Positions 47,907 to 57,653 of a stretch of 64,000 bases of DNA are shown one piece after another. Both the position numbers and the translations under genes were made by a program. Location: the NCBI GenBank assembly GCA_015488735.1, contig WFNG01000055.1, forward strand, positions 6,185-70,184. The letters are read 5' to 3'. Positions within the stretch are counted from its first letter, which is position 1. Each line of letters opens with the position of its first letter. Origin of the DNA: Bacteroidales bacterium (GTDB taxonomy: Bacteria > Bacteroidota > Bacteroidia > Bacteroidales > F082). The notes below the pieces were generated by a model. The model was given only the letters and a program-made list of their open reading frames with translations, was not told the DNA's origin and did not search any database.

Positions 47907-48494
47907 ATGGCCGTTTTAAAACATCAAAAATTATTCATTAAAAATATGGTTTGTAACCGCTGCATTATGGCCGTGGAAAGTGAGTTGAACAAACTGGATT
48001 TGAAACCGGTATCTGTAATCCTCGGTGAGGCGGTGATTGAAACGAATCCTGATCCGGCAACCATCGAAGTGTTGAGGAAAAATCTGCAAATCATAGGTTT
48101 TGAGCTGATTGATGATACGAAAAGCCGCCTCGTTGAACAGATAAAAACGGAAATTATCAGCTATGTTCATTATGACAAAGAGGTGGAAGGCTATGTTAAC
48201 TTTTCCCAACACCTTTCGCGTACTTTAAAACATGAATATTCCTATTTGAGTAACCTTTTTTCTTCTGTAGTGGGCACTACCATCGAAAAGTATATCATTC
48301 TCCAGCGGATAGAACGGGTAAAAGAATTGCTGGTTTACGATGAACTGACACTTTCCGAGATTTCCTGGAAAACCGGATACAGCAGCGTGCAACATCTTTC
48401 CAACCAGTTTAAAAAGGTGATTGGCATGAGCCCGACAGCCTATAAGAAAATGCAAAGCTATAACCGTAAGACACTGGACTCGGTGGAAAAATAA
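47907..48494 (+). CDS. AraC-family regulator with N-terminal CxxC (HMA-like) domain
   Basis: IKNMVCNRCI, LSNLFS..VG.TIEKY, SSVQHLSNQFKK..G.SPT. Confidence 0.88.
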   Translation: MAVLKHQKLFIKNMVCNRCIMAVESELNKLDLKPVSVILGEAVIETNPDPATIEVLRKNLQIIGFELIDDTKSRLVEQIKTEIISYVHYDKEVEGYVNFSQHLSRTLKHEYSYLSNLFSSVVGTTIEKYIILQRIERVKELLVYDELTLSEISWKTGYSSVQHLSNQFKKVIGMSPTAYKKMQSYNRKTLDSVEK

Positions 48495-48638
48495 TCTTTT
48501 ACTTCTCTCACATCTCCCCATTTCCTTTTCTGCCGGACTTTGCCATATTTTAAAAATGCCTAATTTTGCAAATTATTTAATTCCGGTGTAGGTTTTAGAC
48601 GGAATTCTGATTTGTTATTAGAATATATTTTCTTTTTT

Positions 48639-49298
48639 ATGAAAAAATTATTTAAGGAGAATACGCTGGTTTTAAGCGTTTATTTTGCCTTTTTTTTAGT
48701 AGGTGTGGTTTTGGTGTTCTCTTATTCTAAAGCCGATTTGCATCTTATCATAAACCAGTGGCATACTGCGTTCTTTGATGTGTTTTTTAAATATGTAACT
48801 CACCTGGGCGGCGGCGGAATGGTAGTCGTTTTGTTTTTGATATTTTTGCTGATTAAGACGCGCTATGCGGTTGTTTTCATTTCGGGAAATGTAGTCATTG
48901 CCATTGTGGTCCAGGGGATGAAGCATATTATTTTTCCACATGCTTTACGCCCTGTTGCCTATTTTAAAGGTATTCATGTTTTACATTTGGTTCAGGGAGT
49001 CAGTATGCATTCTTATAACAGTTTCCCTTCCGGTCATTCTGCAGCAGCATTTGGTCTTTTTATGATGCTGATATCCATTACCAAAAACAAGGCTCTGAAG
49101 TTTCTGTGGCTTTTAATAGCGCTGTTAACGGCTTATTCGAGGATTTACCTTTCACAGCATTTTATGGAGGACATCGTGACAGGCTCCATTATTGGTGTTA
49201 CAGGAATGTTTTTAACCGTGTATTATTTTAACCGTTATCATCCTGATCTTTATAATTATTCAATTTTGGATCGTTTGTCTAATAAGCACAAAGCATGA
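48639..49298 (+). CDS. PAP2-family phosphatase
   Basis: K.....LRP, SFPSGH, SRIYLSQHF.ED. Confidence 0.9.
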   Translation: MKKLFKENTLVLSVYFAFFLVGVVLVFSYSKADLHLIINQWHTAFFDVFFKYVTHLGGGGMVVVLFLIFLLIKTRYAVVFISGNVVIAIVVQGMKHIIFPHALRPVAYFKGIHVLHLVQGVSMHSYNSFPSGHSAAAFGLFMMLISITKNKALKFLWLLIALLTAYSRIYLSQHFMEDIVTGSIIGVTGMFLTVYYFNRYHPDLYNYSILDRLSNKHKA

Positions 49299-50965
49299 AA
49301 CGTAGGTATCTTGATTTGCTGTTTATTGCCCTTGTAGCCGGGCTTTTGTTTATCCCTTTTTTAGGTGGAGTACATTTGTTTGACTGGGATGAAATAAATT
49401 TTGCTGAATCAGCACGTGAGATGCTGCAAACACATGATTTCCTGACTGTTCAGATTAACTTCCTCCCATTCTGGGAGAAGCCGCCACTCTTTATCTGGAT
49501 GCAGGTACTCTCCATGAAAATGTTCGGCATAAACGCATTTGCTGCCCGTTTTCCTGATGCCATAGCAGGTGTGGTGACACTTATGGTATTGTATCTGATT
49601 GGAGAAAAGCTGTTTGATCGCCGCTTCGGTCTGCTGTGGGCATTGGTATATGCCGGTTCTGTTTTGCCGCAACTTTATTTTCGCTCCGGAATTATTGATC
49701 CCTGGTTTAACCTGTTTATTTTTCTCGGCATTTATTTTATGGTGCTCTACCTTACTGCTAACAAAAACAAAAAAGAACTGTGGTTTGCTTTTTTGTCAGC
49801 GACTTCTATTGGCCTTGCCATTATGACCAAAGGGCCGGTGGGATTGCTTGTTTTTTTGCTTGCCCTCTTTGTCTGGCTCATGCTGAATGGCTCATGGAAA
49901 AAGGTTTTTCAATGGCGCTTTCTGTTAGTTTACGGCATTACTTTATTGATTGTGGGTGGTTTTTGGTTCATTCTTCAGATTGCTGATGGCCGGGCATCGC
50001 TGATTGCTGAATTTATTGCATACCAGATTCGTCTGTTTTCGCACAAAGATGCAGGCCATGGGGGGTTCCTCTTTTATCATTTTGTGGTTCTCTTTTTTGG
50101 TGTTTTTCCGGCTTCGGTTTTCATGCTTCATGCTTTCCGGAGATTTCGTGATAAAACAGATACCCAAAAGCTTTTCCGTCATTGGATGATGATTAGTTTC
50201 TGGGTAGTGCTTATTCTTTTCACTATTGTAAAAACCAAGATTGTACATTACTCCTCTTTTTGCTATTTTCCCATTACTTTTTTTGCTACTTATGTTATTG
50301 TGAAAATGATAAAAGGAGAGTTAAAATTCCCTGCCTGGTTAAAAGGAATTCTTATAGGTGTGGCAGCTTTTGAAGGATTGTTGTTTGTTGCTTTGCAGTT
50401 ATTCATTCGCTATAAAAACCAGATTATTGCCAAAGGCTGGATTCATGACCGTTTTGCTGTGGGTAACCTTCAGGCAAATGTTCACTGGTCGGGATTTGAA
50501 TTTCTCTTGGGTGTGCTTTTGTTCGTGGGTGTGCTGTCTGCTATTCTTGTTTTCCGAAAAAACATCCAGAGAATGGTTGTTGGAATATTTCTTACCACCT
50601 TGATTTTTACCACACTTTCCGTATTTATTATTACGCCGAAAGTGGAAGGCTATTCGCAAAATGCAGCTATTGATTTTTATGCCAGGCATGCCGGTGAGAA
50701 TGCCTATGTGGATGTGTGGGGATTTAAGAGCTATGCACAGTATTTTTACTTTCGTAAAAAGCCTCCCGAAACTTCACCTGCCGTTACGCAACAAATGCAA
50801 TTAATTGGTGATGTTTCCAAACCGGTGTATGTGGTTACAAAGATTACTTCAAAAGATGCTTTTCAGAAAAGATATCCCGCCTTCCGCCTACTCTATGAAA
50901 AAAACGGGTTTGACTTTTTTAAACGTCTTCCTAATACTAAAATGAAAAATAAAATACATGATTGA
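49295..50965 (+). CDS. GT39/ArnT-like integral-membrane glycosyltransferase
   Basis: LFDWDE.NFAESAREM, EKPPL, ARFP, TKGP; multiple TM helices. Confidence 0.88.
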   Translation: MKRRYLDLLFIALVAGLLFIPFLGGVHLFDWDEINFAESAREMLQTHDFLTVQINFLPFWEKPPLFIWMQVLSMKMFGINAFAARFPDAIAGVVTLMVLYLIGEKLFDRRFGLLWALVYAGSVLPQLYFRSGIIDPWFNLFIFLGIYFMVLYLTANKNKKELWFAFLSATSIGLAIMTKGPVGLLVFLLALFVWLMLNGSWKKVFQWRFLLVYGITLLIVGGFWFILQIADGRASLIAEFIAYQIRLFSHKDAGHGGFLFYHFVVLFFGVFPASVFMLHAFRRFRDKTDTQKLFRHWMMISFWVVLILFTIVKTKIVHYSSFCYFPITFFATYVIVKMIKGELKFPAWLKGILIGVAAFEGLLFVALQLFIRYKNQIIAKGWIHDRFAVGNLQANVHWSGFEFLLGVLLFVGVLSAILVFRKNIQRMVVGIFLTTLIFTTLSVFIITPKVEGYSQNAAIDFYARHAGENAYVDVWGFKSYAQYFYFRKKPPETSPAVTQQMQLIGDVSKPVYVVTKITSKDAFQKRYPAFRLLYEKNGFDFFKRLPNTKMKNKIHD

Positions 50966-51725
50966 TAATAAGAAAATTGTTGTTGTGTTGCCGGCCTACA
51001 ATGCCGCTTCGACTTTGGAAAAAACATACCAGGAGATTCCTTTCGACATAGTGGACGATGTAATTCTCGTGGATGACCACAGCAACGACGAGACGCTGAG
51101 AGTAGCCGAAGACCTGGGTATTCGCCATATTATCGAACATGAGGAAAACAAAGGCTACGGCGGAAATCAAAAGAGCTGTTACAACAAAGCATTGTCTTTA
51201 GATGCAGACATTGTTGTCATGTTACATCCCGATTACCAATATACGCCCAAGCTTATCCATTCTATGTGTTATCTGATTGCCAACGGAATTTACGATGTGG
51301 TCATAGGCTCACGAATTCTTGGGAAAGGTGCCCTGAAAGGTGGAATGCCCTGGTACAAATATGTGGCTAATCGTGGGTTGACACTTTTCCAAAATATTCT
51401 CATGAACCAAAAACTATCGGAATATCATACCGGCTACCGGGCTTTTTCGGGGCGAGTATTAAAAAGCATTCCTTACAACAACTGCAACGATGATTTTGTG
51501 TTTGACAATGAGATGCTGGCACAGATTTTTTATGCAGGCTGGGAAATAGCTGAAATCACCTGCCCAACCAAATATTTTGAAGAAGCTTCTTCCATAAATC
51601 TTAGCCGCAGCACTATTTACGGATTGGGTGTTTTGAAAGTATCTCTTATGTATTTTGCCCAAAAAGCCAACTTTGGAAAGTTTGAAATTTTCAAAGGCAT
51701 CGAGCCAATGCAAAAATCTTCTTAG
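50958..51725 (+). CDS. GT2 polyprenol-phosphate glycosyltransferase
   Basis: VLPAYNA, VDDHS.D, N.GYGGNQK, HPDYQY, GSR, HTGYRAF. Confidence 0.9.
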   Translation: MIDNKKIVVVLPAYNAASTLEKTYQEIPFDIVDDVILVDDHSNDETLRVAEDLGIRHIIEHEENKGYGGNQKSCYNKALSLDADIVVMLHPDYQYTPKLIHSMCYLIANGIYDVVIGSRILGKGALKGGMPWYKYVANRGLTLFQNILMNQKLSEYHTGYRAFSGRVLKSIPYNNCNDDFVFDNEMLAQIFYAGWEIAEITCPTKYFEEASSINLSRSTIYGLGVLKVSLMYFAQKANFGKFEIFKGIEPMQKSS

Positions 51726-51827
51726 GCAAATGTCGATATTATAGAAAAGGTGCAGATTGAATGTACAGAAGATATGCAATCCCGATACATCGGGGATGTA
51801 TAATCGATATTACTTAGTGAAACGCTG

Positions 51828-53114
51828 TTAATCCAGTTCCTTTTTATAGGTTTCGGGCATAAAGAGCAAAGTAATAATGGCTATGATAACAGAAGCAATT
51901 AAGTAGTACACAGGCATTAAGATATTACCGTTACTGATTTTAATCAACCAGACTGAAACGAGGGGCGTGGTGCCTCCAAACAGGGCCAGTGCAATATTAT
52001 AGCTCACGGAAAGTCCTGTGTATCTTACTTTTGCAGGAAAGGCTTCGGTCATGATAGCGGGAATAACTCCCTGGAAAAGGCCTTCAAAAATGGAAAACAG
52101 AAGCATGGCAGCCAGAATAGCCCAATAAGTTTTTTCAAACATCAGCAAAAAGAGCGGATACGAGAAAACCACAAATCCGATTAACGAAATGAAAAGAACC
52201 GTTTTTCTTCCTATTTTGTCGCTTAGATGGCCAAACAGAGGTATTATCAGCATCATAAAAATTATGGCAATGGTGTGAATAGAAAGCGCATCGTCAAGTT
52301 TTATATGGAGAAATGTATGAAGGTAGGAGGGTAGAAAAATAAATATCAGATAAACGGAGACACCAAATGCCCAACTCAACATAATTATTTTAAATGATTG
52401 CATTTTGTAATGTGCAAAAAACTCTGCCAATGGTATTTTGTAGGTTCTTTCTTCTTCCATTATCTTTTTAAAGTGCTCATCATCAGTCATATCTTTTCGG
52501 AGGTAAAGTCCGGCAATGCCAATAAAAGCGCCAAAAAGAAACGGAATTCTCCAGCCAAAACTATTTACTTGCTGTGTAGAAAACATCCATGTAATAAGGG
52601 CTGCTATGCCTGCACCGATGAGCATTCCGCCAAATACGCCAAAAGTTGTCCAGCTGCCATAAAAACCCCTTTTCCCATGAGGGGCTTTTTCCACAAGAAA
52701 CGAAATGGAGCCGGTAAACTCCCCGCCAACCGAAAGTCCCTGAAAAAGTCTCAGGATGACCAGCAACAAAGCTGAATACCAACCAATACTGGCATAAGTA
52801 GGAAGAAATCCTATGAGTGTTGTGGGAATAGCCATCATAAGAATGGAAATTAAAAGTGCTTTTTTTCTGCCTTGCTTATCACCAATGTGTCCAAAAATAA
52901 TTCCCCCGATGGGTCGCATAAGATAACCCGCTGCAAATATGCCGAAAGCAGAAATTAGTTGGACAATCTTATCCTCGTGAGGGAAAAACTGTGATCCGAT
53001 AATGGTCGCAAAAAAACCATAAACGGTGAAATCGTACCATTCCATTATGTTTCCTGAGAATCCGGCAATCAGCGAACGTTTGTCGAAGATGGGTTGTGGA
53101 GTATCTTTAACCAT
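51828..53114 (-). CDS. MFS transporter (MHS/ProP family)
   Basis: GNIMEWYDF..YG, MRPIGG..FG.IGD..GRK, QG.SVGGE, LSDKIGRK. Confidence 0.92.
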   Translation of the reverse strand: MVKDTPQPIFDKRSLIAGFSGNIMEWYDFTVYGFFATIIGSQFFPHEDKIVQLISAFGIFAAGYLMRPIGGIIFGHIGDKQGRKKALLISILMMAIPTTLIGFLPTYASIGWYSALLLVILRLFQGLSVGGEFTGSISFLVEKAPHGKRGFYGSWTTFGVFGGMLIGAGIAALITWMFSTQQVNSFGWRIPFLFGAFIGIAGLYLRKDMTDDEHFKKIMEEERTYKIPLAEFFAHYKMQSFKIIMLSWAFGVSVYLIFIFLPSYLHTFLHIKLDDALSIHTIAIIFMMLIIPLFGHLSDKIGRKTVLFISLIGFVVFSYPLFLLMFEKTYWAILAAMLLFSIFEGLFQGVIPAIMTEAFPAKVRYTGLSVSYNIALALFGGTTPLVSVWLIKISNGNILMPVYYLIASVIIAIITLLFMPETYKKELD

Positions 53115-53180
53115 GACTGATGTTTTTAAAAAGTTAAAAATACTAAAATAACGAATACTTTTACAATTTGAGGTTTCAAC

Positions 53181-53212
53181 AAAAAAAGCCGGTCTCTAAA
53201 ATAGGCCGGCTT
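53181..53212 (-). terminator. Intrinsic terminator of the oxidoreductase operon
   Basis: A7-gccgg...ccggctt stem, 35 nt past the gamma-subunit stop. Confidence 0.65.
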
Positions 53213-53247
53213 CAATTTAAACAGGTTAATTCGGGAATTATATGAAG

Positions 53248-53799
53248 TTATACTTTTTGAACAACTTCCACACTTTTCATCCCGAGGTTAATGGCGTCTT
53301 CGTTGAGAGGAATGAGTTTGTGGTGGCGTTCGGGAAGAGATTTTTTCAATCCTTTAATAACATTTTCCAGTTTAACAATGGGTTTTATTTTCAGATAAGC
53401 ACCCAGTACAATCATGTTGAAAATTTTGGTATTTCCCATTTCTGCAGCTTTTTTGGCCCCTTCCACTTTAAAAATATTGATGTCTTTGCGTGAAGGTTGT
53501 CGTGAGATGCCGTTAGGGTCATAAAGCAATGTACCGCCGGGTTTTACTTCCGGCTCAAATTTATCCATAGATTGCTGGTTTAGGATGATGGCCGTGTCGT
53601 AAGCCCTTAAAATAGGGGAGCTGATGCGTTCATCGCTGACAATTACTGTTACATTGGCAGTGCCACCACGCATTTCAGGTCCATAAGAAGGCATCCAGCT
53701 TACTTCCTGATCTTGCATAATTCCCGAATAAGCCAAAATTTTCCCCATGGAAAGAACACCTTGTCCACCAAAACCGGCTATGATTATTTCTTCAGTCAT
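53248..53799 (-). CDS. 2-oxoacid:ferredoxin oxidoreductase gamma subunit
   Basis: AGFGGQGV, PSYGPEMRGG, NMIVLGA. Confidence 0.92.
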   Translation of the reverse strand: MTEEIIIAGFGGQGVLSMGKILAYSGIMQDQEVSWMPSYGPEMRGGTANVTVIVSDERISSPILRAYDTAIILNQQSMDKFEPEVKPGGTLLYDPNGISRQPSRKDINIFKVEGAKKAAEMGNTKIFNMIVLGAYLKIKPIVKLENVIKGLKKSLPERHHKLIPLNEDAINLGMKSVEVVQKV

Positions 53800-53822
53800 T
53801 TTTTCGTCGTTTTAAGATTAAT

Positions 53823-54611
53823 CTATTTTACTAACTGGCCATCCACTTTAATATCGCCAATGGGATAAAACGGAAACATGTTTTCTTCCATCCAGTTGTT
53901 GGCATCTACCGGGGTCATTTTCCAGCCGGAGTTGCAGTTGGAAACAACCTCTACGAAAGATAAACCAGGTGCATTATTCAACTGATTTTGAAAGGCTTTC
54001 TTTATGGCCCGTTTGGCCTTCCGAACTGCTGAGGGAGTCTCAACAGACTGACGTGTAACATAGTATGTTCCCGGAAGCTGGGCAACAAGTTCTGTAATTT
54101 TCAGAGGATGTCCCATGAGTTCCGGGTCTCTTCCGTAAGGAGAAGTGGAAGTTTTCATCCCTTCCAAAGTGGTGGGTGCCATTTGTCCTCCGGTCATACC
54201 ATAAATACCGTTGTTAATAAAGACAATCACGAATTTTTCACCACGGTTACAGGCATGAATGGTTTCTGCAGTGCCAATGGCTGCCAAATCTCCGTCGCCC
54301 TGATAGGTGAAAACAATGTTGTCGGGCCACAACCTTTTAATGGCGGTAGCCAGTGCGGGAGCACGGCCATGAGCAGCTTCCTGCATGTCGATGTTCATAA
54401 ACTCGTAAGCCAGTACCGAACAACCTACAGGGGCAACACCCACGGTTTCGTGTTCCTTGCCCATTTCTTCAATAACCTCCATGATGAGGCGATGGGTGGT
54501 TCCATGACCACAGCCCGGACAGTAGCTAAGCTCTTTGTCTGTCATCAACCTGGTTTTTTGATAGACCAGATTTTCAGGTTTGATAATATCTTTTAAAGCT
54601 ATCTCTGACAT
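53823..54611 (-). CDS. 2-oxoacid:ferredoxin oxidoreductase beta (TPP-binding) subunit
   Basis: YCPGCGH, GC, HGRA, GDGD...NN TPP motif. Confidence 0.92.
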   Translation of the reverse strand: MSEIALKDIIKPENLVYQKTRLMTDKELSYCPGCGHGTTHRLIMEVIEEMGKEHETVGVAPVGCSVLAYEFMNIDMQEAAHGRAPALATAIKRLWPDNIVFTYQGDGDLAAIGTAETIHACNRGEKFVIVFINNGIYGMTGGQMAPTTLEGMKTSTSPYGRDPELMGHPLKITELVAQLPGTYYVTRQSVETPSAVRKAKRAIKKAFQNQLNNAPGLSFVEVVSNCNSGWKMTPVDANNWMEENMFPFYPIGDIKVDGQLVK

Positions 54612-54614
54612 GGC

Positions 54615-55700
54615 TTATTCTCCTATAATTTTTTGTTCAAGGGCCTCAACAACTTCTTCCGGAGAATGAATTACTCCGCCAAGGCGCCCAAAATGTTCAA
54701 CTTTCACTTTGCCGTTTACGGCCAACCGTACATCTTCAACCATTTGGCCGGCACTCATCTCTACTGAGAGGAATCCTTTTACTCCCTGTTCTACCATGTT
54801 CTGAATTGTTTTGGTAGGGAATGGCCATAAAGTTATGGGGCGTAGCAGCCCGACTTTAATGCCTTTATCACGTAAAAGCTTAACTGCTTTTAGCGAAACG
54901 CGTGCACTGGTACCATAAGCTACCAACACATATTCTGCATCATCGCACTGCAATTCTTCATAACGGACTTCTTTTTCTTCAATTTCGCGATATTTTTCCT
55001 GAAGGTGATGGTTGTGATCTTCCAGTTTTTGCGGATCCAAATCCAGCGAAGTCAGGATTCTCCTTTCACCATTTTTAAGTTTACCGTTTGTTGCCCAGGA
55101 ATAACGTGCTTTAACTTCTTTATCGGACAAGCGGGGAACAGGTTCAAAAAATTCAACTTTTTCCATCATTTGTCCAATGGCGCCATCAGAGAGAATCATG
55201 GCTGGATTTCTGTATTTGAATGCCAAATCGTAGGCTACAGGAACGAAATCGGCCATTTCCTGTACCGAAGATGGGGCCAGCACAATGAGTCTGTAATCGC
55301 CATGGCCACCGCCTTTTGTGGATTGGAAATAGTCGGATTGAGCCGGCTGAATGTCGCCCAGTCCCGGACCGCCCCGAACCACGTTTACAATTAAAATCGG
55401 GATTTCTGCACCGGCAATGTAAGACAAGCCTTCCTGCATGAGGCTGATGCCCGGACTGGAAGAGGAGGTAACTACTTTTTTACCGCTTCCTCCGCCACCA
55501 TAAAGCATATTGATGGAAGCAACTTCACTTTCGGCCTGTAACACAACCATTCCCGTTGTTTCCCAGGGTTTGGAAGCCATCAGGTATTCCAGAACTTCTG
55601 ATTGGGGGGTAATGGGATAACCAAAATAGCCATCCGTGCCGGCACGAATAATGGCTTCGGCCAGTGCCTCATTACCTTTCATTAATTTTATTTCACCCAT
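54615..55700 (-). CDS. vorB: 2-oxoacid:ferredoxin oxidoreductase alpha subunit (VorB type)
   Basis: MKGNEALAEA, GYPITPQSE, QAESE, SSSPGISLMQE, RGGPGLG. Confidence 0.9.
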   Translation of the reverse strand: MGEIKLMKGNEALAEAIIRAGTDGYFGYPITPQSEVLEYLMASKPWETTGMVVLQAESEVASINMLYGGGGSGKKVVTSSSSPGISLMQEGLSYIAGAEIPILIVNVVRGGPGLGDIQPAQSDYFQSTKGGGHGDYRLIVLAPSSVQEMADFVPVAYDLAFKYRNPAMILSDGAIGQMMEKVEFFEPVPRLSDKEVKARYSWATNGKLKNGERRILTSLDLDPQKLEDHNHHLQEKYREIEEKEVRYEELQCDDAEYVLVAYGTSARVSLKAVKLLRDKGIKVGLLRPITLWPFPTKTIQNMVEQGVKGFLSVEMSAGQMVEDVRLAVNGKVKVEHFGRLGGVIHSPEEVVEALEQKIIGE

Positions 55701-55725
55701 ATCTTTTTGTTTTATTTTTTGATAA

Positions 55726-55953
55726 TTATTTAACTTTTATCCTGTAAACGGTAATGACACCATCAGGACATACCACGGCACAGTTGGTGCAACCGGTACA
55801 AACATCCGGATTCTCCATAAAGGCAAAATGATAACCTTTGCCGTTTACTTCTTTTGCCAAAGCAATTACATCGGTAGGGCAGGCAGGGACGCAAACGCCA
55901 CAACCTTTACACTTCTCGATATCAACTACTATGGCGCCTTTCACTTTTGCCAT
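55726..55953 (-). CDS. 2x[4Fe-4S] ferredoxin (delta subunit)
   Basis: CKGCGVCVPACP and CTGCTNCAVVCP. Confidence 0.93.
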   Translation of the reverse strand: MAKVKGAIVVDIEKCKGCGVCVPACPTDVIALAKEVNGKGYHFAFMENPDVCTGCTNCAVVCPDGVITVYRIKVK

Positions 55954-56167
55954 AACTAATGTTTTTATATGGTTTTTAAATTTTTGCACGAAATTACACT
56001 TTTCACAGCGTATTTTTGCTAAGTAATTTACTGATTTTCTTCAGCGGCTGTTATTTATAAAGATTTTAAATATACAAGTATCTGAAAAAACAATTAGTTA
56101 TGAATTAATTTATTAACAATTGGGTGAGCGTTTACTCAAATCAGCACAGGCTAAAACTACCTGGCGC

Positions 56168-57319
56168 TTAATGCAGCCAGTAGGCCATACCCACACCTAT
56201 GAAAGTGGCAATGGCATAACCAAGGGTACCACAGAGTATTGCCGGGATAACAAGTGATTTCCAACGGCGGCCCACAGCCATGGCTGCAGCGGTGGTGGGA
56301 CCACCCATGTTGGCGTTGGAAGCAATGACAATCTCAGCCAAATCGAGATTGAAAAGCCGGCCGAAACCTAAAATAAAAATGAGGTGCACCAATAATATTA
56401 ATCCGGCAAAGAGAAAAAGTATGGGGCCAACTTTCAAGACTACCATGATGTTGGCACTGGCACCAATGGCCGCAAAAAATATCTGCATGAGGAAAGTTCC
56501 TATCTGGTCGGCACCACGAATGGCGTTCATTTGTTTGGGGAAGAGTGTTGCCACGGCAACCACCAACAGCGTAATAATCAATATGGCACTACCCTGTATC
56601 CCGATAAGGTGCTGTAAATAAAAACTAATTGCTGCGGCTAACAAGCCAATACTTAATCCTTTGCCCATGTCAAGCAAATCGGGATTCTCGTAATTAGCTT
56701 CGATAATTTCATTTGTCGTAAGTTCTTTTTCCGCATTTTGCTGATGGTAGTTTTTAAAATGCTTTTTTAAGAAACCAACTCCCGGTAAGGCAAAAAGGAT
56801 GAGGAAATAAATGGTCATAACCAGATTATCGGCAGCGACACCGGCGGTGAGCAAATCGCTGGAATGCAAATGAAGTGCTTCAGAAGTAGCCACATAATTC
56901 ATAGAGCCGCCAATGTAGGTAGAACAGAAGATGCCAGCCAGTTTCCAGCCTTCTTCACCCAGTGGAATCGTTTTGAAAGCGATAATGGTTCCTACGATGG
57001 TTCCCACTGCGCCAATACCAAAAGCAATGAGTGTTGGCCCGGCTTCTTTGATGATTCTGCGAATGTTGGCTTTGAACAACAGCAAAGGTACAGCCAACGG
57101 CACAAGATACGACCACACAATATCGTATGTGGGTGATTGGATAGGAATAATGTAAAGATTGGAAAGAATAAAAGTGGTCAGAATAGAAATGACCACAGCA
57201 GAAACCTTGCCGCCCCATTTGGTTTTTTGCTCCGCCCAAATACCAAAAGTAGCGGAAAGAATAAGAATGGCCCAAAGCATCCACGACTGGTCAGGACCTA
57301 TGATGGCGTGTTGAAACAT
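56168..57319 (-). CDS. DUF819-family membrane protein
   Basis: YIGGSMNY, ASNANMGGP.TAAA motifs; about 11-12 TM helices. Confidence 0.88.
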   Translation of the reverse strand: MFQHAIIGPDQSWMLWAILILSATFGIWAEQKTKWGGKVSAVVISILTTFILSNLYIIPIQSPTYDIVWSYLVPLAVPLLLFKANIRRIIKEAGPTLIAFGIGAVGTIVGTIIAFKTIPLGEEGWKLAGIFCSTYIGGSMNYVATSEALHLHSSDLLTAGVAADNLVMTIYFLILFALPGVGFLKKHFKNYHQQNAEKELTTNEIIEANYENPDLLDMGKGLSIGLLAAAISFYLQHLIGIQGSAILIITLLVVAVATLFPKQMNAIRGADQIGTFLMQIFFAAIGASANIMVVLKVGPILFLFAGLILLVHLIFILGFGRLFNLDLAEIVIASNANMGGPTTAAAMAVGRRWKSLVIPAILCGTLGYAIATFIGVGMAYWLH

Positions 57320-57404
57320 ATATAAAAATTAAGGCGCAAATGTAGAAGAATTTTCAAAGAATAAAAAGGAGGGAAAAAAGACATTCCATACGCAGGGAAA
57401 AGTT

Positions 57405-57420
57405 GCCACGAATGCACGAA
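57405..57420 (+). repeat. Half-site of the 17586-17628 element
   Basis: gccacgaatgcacgaa matches gccacgaatacacgaa (17587-17602) at 15 of 16 positions. Confidence 0.5.
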
Positions 57421-57445
57421 TAACCTCTTTATTTCTCCCACTGCC

Positions 57446-57640
57446 GCTCATCGGGTTGTTGCCATTGAAATTAAATCTTCCTCTACTCCCCGGCCAGGAC
57501 GTGGGTTTTGGCAGGCTCTCGAAGATGTGAAGGCTACTGAATCCTTTATTATTGCGCCTGTTCGCATGCCTTTTCCATTGAAAGACAATGTGATGATGTA
57601 TTCATTAGAGGATTTTCTAAGCAAGGAGATTGATAAATGA
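57446..57640 (+). pseudogene. C-terminal remnant of a COG1373-type ATPase (AAA+/DUF4143) gene
   Basis: Frame reads HRVVAIEIKSSSTPRPGRGFWQALEDVKATESFIIAPVRMPFPLKDNVMMYSLEDFL...stop. No start codon precedes it, and an in-frame stop lies at 57362. Confidence 0.65.
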
Positions 57641-57653
57641 GCTTTTCGTTCTG

